A stretch of DNA of 34,987 bases from a virus (lineage: Duplodnaviria; Caudoviricetes): the IMG/VR virus record IMGVR_UViG_3300040736_000022, positions 1 to 34,987 of that record. One strand, written 5' to 3'. A program made the translations under genes and the position numbers. Position 1 is the stretch's first letter. The number at the start of each line of letters is the position of its first letter. Under the pieces are notes generated by a model. It was not told the DNA's origin and ran no database searches. It worked only from the letters and a program-made list of their open reading frames with translations. Below are positions 33,627 through 34,987 of this stretch, in pieces.

Positions 33627-34594
33627 CCCGTCTCCGGATATTGATCCCATGTCCGGCCGTCCAAAATCCGACCGGCTGCCTTTTTACCAACGCGCCAGTA
33701 GCTCCGACCATTTCGGTATGCCTCCTGAATATGAGCCAGAGACCGCTCCTGCGGGAATGCACTCGTCCATTCCCCCCATTGTTTGAAAAAGAACGGCACC
33801 CCCGCCGCCACGCACTGATCCCGGATCGACCGCGCCCAGTCCGGGTACATCGGCCACGCGCCAGGCCCGGTTTCCCCGCCTACGATCACCCAGTCGAGTT
33901 TTTCTCTTGCAGGGGCTGCTACTCCATAACCATCCGAATCGTAATCAAACCTATGGCCACCCACCGCGTCATAATAGACGCGGTTGATTTTGTCATGCAC
34001 ATGGGTCAAATCCACCGGCCCCAGCAGCGGCTCGCATGAGACAAACCGCACCGCCGCCGGCGTCTGCAGCAGCAGCGGGATCCGTTCATCCGCTGCCGCC
34101 TGGTTTTCGACGCTCACGCCGAGCCAGATACATGGATCCGGCCACGGCGCTGTGATATACTGCATATCTTTTCCTGGCGCCGGATAATGCCAGAATCTCT
34201 CCTGGTTTGCCAGAAACCAATCTCGCATCCTCTGAGGGCGTTTGGTCAATATGATATAGGTATGCCGCCGGTTACCACTGGTCATGGTATCGAACACTTT
34301 CCAGATAAACTCATCTGGCACATCTGGATGAAACAGATCGCTCATCGAATCTACAAAGATTCTCCGCGGCTTGCGCCAATGCTGCAACTGAGCAAGTTTT
34401 CCCGGCAATATCCTCACCTTACCGTTCCAGCGCCCATCCTCGGTCAACAGCCCCTGGTACTCCGGATGGCCCATCGCTGCCAACCGACGCGCCATGCGTT
34501 CTGCATAACAGTTCATGCAGCCCTCAGATACCCGGCTGCAGCCTACCGTCGGATTCCAAACTTTCTCTGCCCATTCGATCTTAGTTTCAGCCAT
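33623..34594 (-). CDS. Phage Gp37/Gp68 family (DUF5131) radical-SAM-like protein
   Basis: TKIEW..WNP..GCSRVSEGCMNCYA, SMSDLFH, LTKRP, SCEPLLG, WVIVGGE, FFFKQWG. Confidence 0.93.
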   Translation of the reverse strand: MAETKIEWAEKVWNPTVGCSRVSEGCMNCYAERMARRLAAMGHPEYQGLLTEDGRWNGKVRILPGKLAQLQHWRKPRRIFVDSMSDLFHPDVPDEFIWKVFDTMTSGNRRHTYIILTKRPQRMRDWFLANQERFWHYPAPGKDMQYITAPWPDPCIWLGVSVENQAAADERIPLLLQTPAAVRFVSCEPLLGPVDLTHVHDKINRVYYDAVGGHRFDYDSDGYGVAAPAREKLDWVIVGGETGPGAWPMYPDWARSIRDQCVAAGVPFFFKQWGEWTSAFPQERSLAHIQEAYRNGRSYWRVGKKAAGRILDGRTWDQYPETG

Positions 34595-34692
34595 TTCTCG
34601 CTCCTTTCATCCCACATTGCCCCGCCGCGACACAATGACCAGGCAAAATATCCGATTAAAAACAAGCCTGAAATGCTAATCAAAGCGCTCAT
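34543..34692 (-). CDS. Possible small membrane peptide
   Basis: MSALISISGLFLIGYFAWSLC...; overlaps both neighbours. Confidence 0.4.
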   Translation of the reverse strand: MSALISISGLFLIGYFAWSLCRGGAMWDERSEKWLKLRSNGQRKFGIRR

Positions 34693-34987
34693 TCTTGAGC
34701 CATTCTTCCATTCCACCCGGGCCATACATCCCCCGGGTTTTGTGTTGCAACGATAATGGCTTAATCCCCCGCTGCCGGCACAGCAATCTGATTCGATAAT
34801 CGATCGTTTTATAGGAGCCCGAAAATTTCATCAATCGGGCAATAATCGCTGGCGGGTATCCCCACTCGATCCGCGCCTTTAGCATGAACTCATCCGCCCG
34901 GGCGGTGAATTTCAGCCGGCTGTCACGATTCGACGGCAGTTGGAATTTTTCGATCTCGCTGCGCCACACGAACCAGTATGCCCATCG
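34676..34987 (-). CDS. 3' part of the junction-spanning multi-HTH protein
   Basis: WRSEIEKFQLPSNRDSRLKFTARADEF... is the in-frame continuation of 718->1; 718+257 nt = 325 codons. Confidence 0.85.
   Translation of the reverse strand, partial: RWAYWFVWRSEIEKFQLPSNRDSRLKFTARADEFMLKARIEWGYPPAIIARLMKFSGSYKTIDYRIRLLCRQRGIKPLSLQHKTRGMYGPGGMEEWLKNERFD
34933..34987. repeat. Terminal direct repeat (55 bp), copy of 1-55
   Basis: Direct sequence comparison with bases 1-55. Confidence 0.97.

Noticed and set aside
34933-34987. Biological direct terminal repeat of the virion DNA
   Set aside because: 55 bp matches a common assembler k-mer overlap, it falls mid-gene, and the HNH-terS-terL layout points to ends elsewhere
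1-34987. CRISPR array, rRNA or IS element
   Set aside because: No regularly spaced repeats, rRNA-like sequence or transposase ORF observed

Overview
This window is an essentially complete, circularly assembled temperate siphovirus-type (HK97-fold) phage genome of about 34.9 kb. Bases 1-55 are repeated at 34933-34987, and one reading frame runs in frame across that junction. Almost all genes are on the minus strand. They form an early operon (Cro-like protein, a tyrosine recombinase, small membrane proteins, a replication initiator with internal iterons, ParB, a multi-HTH protein, Gp37/Gp68) and a late region (lysis, HNH, terminase, portal, protease, capsid, head-tail, tail, tape measure, tail tip). 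A short plus-strand lysogeny block holds an XRE repressor, an attP made of the 3' half of tRNA-Pro(CGG), an integrase and a GT-C-type membrane glycosyltransferase. The most unusual elements are: (i) a GT-B-like gene and a SAM methyltransferase translationally coupled between the tail chaperone and the tape measure; (ii) a LexA-box-covered promoter firing antisense into a repressor that has no self-cleavage domain; (iii) two Xer-like recombinases on opposite sides of the genetic switch; (iv) two copies of a parS-like palindrome; (v) tRNA-like and anti-SD RNA structures in the early operon; (vi) an AT-rich six-zinc-module HNH insertion. A Gram-positive-type or Chloroflexota-like host is only a tentative inference. 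All product calls come from motif recognition by eye; no database search was run.
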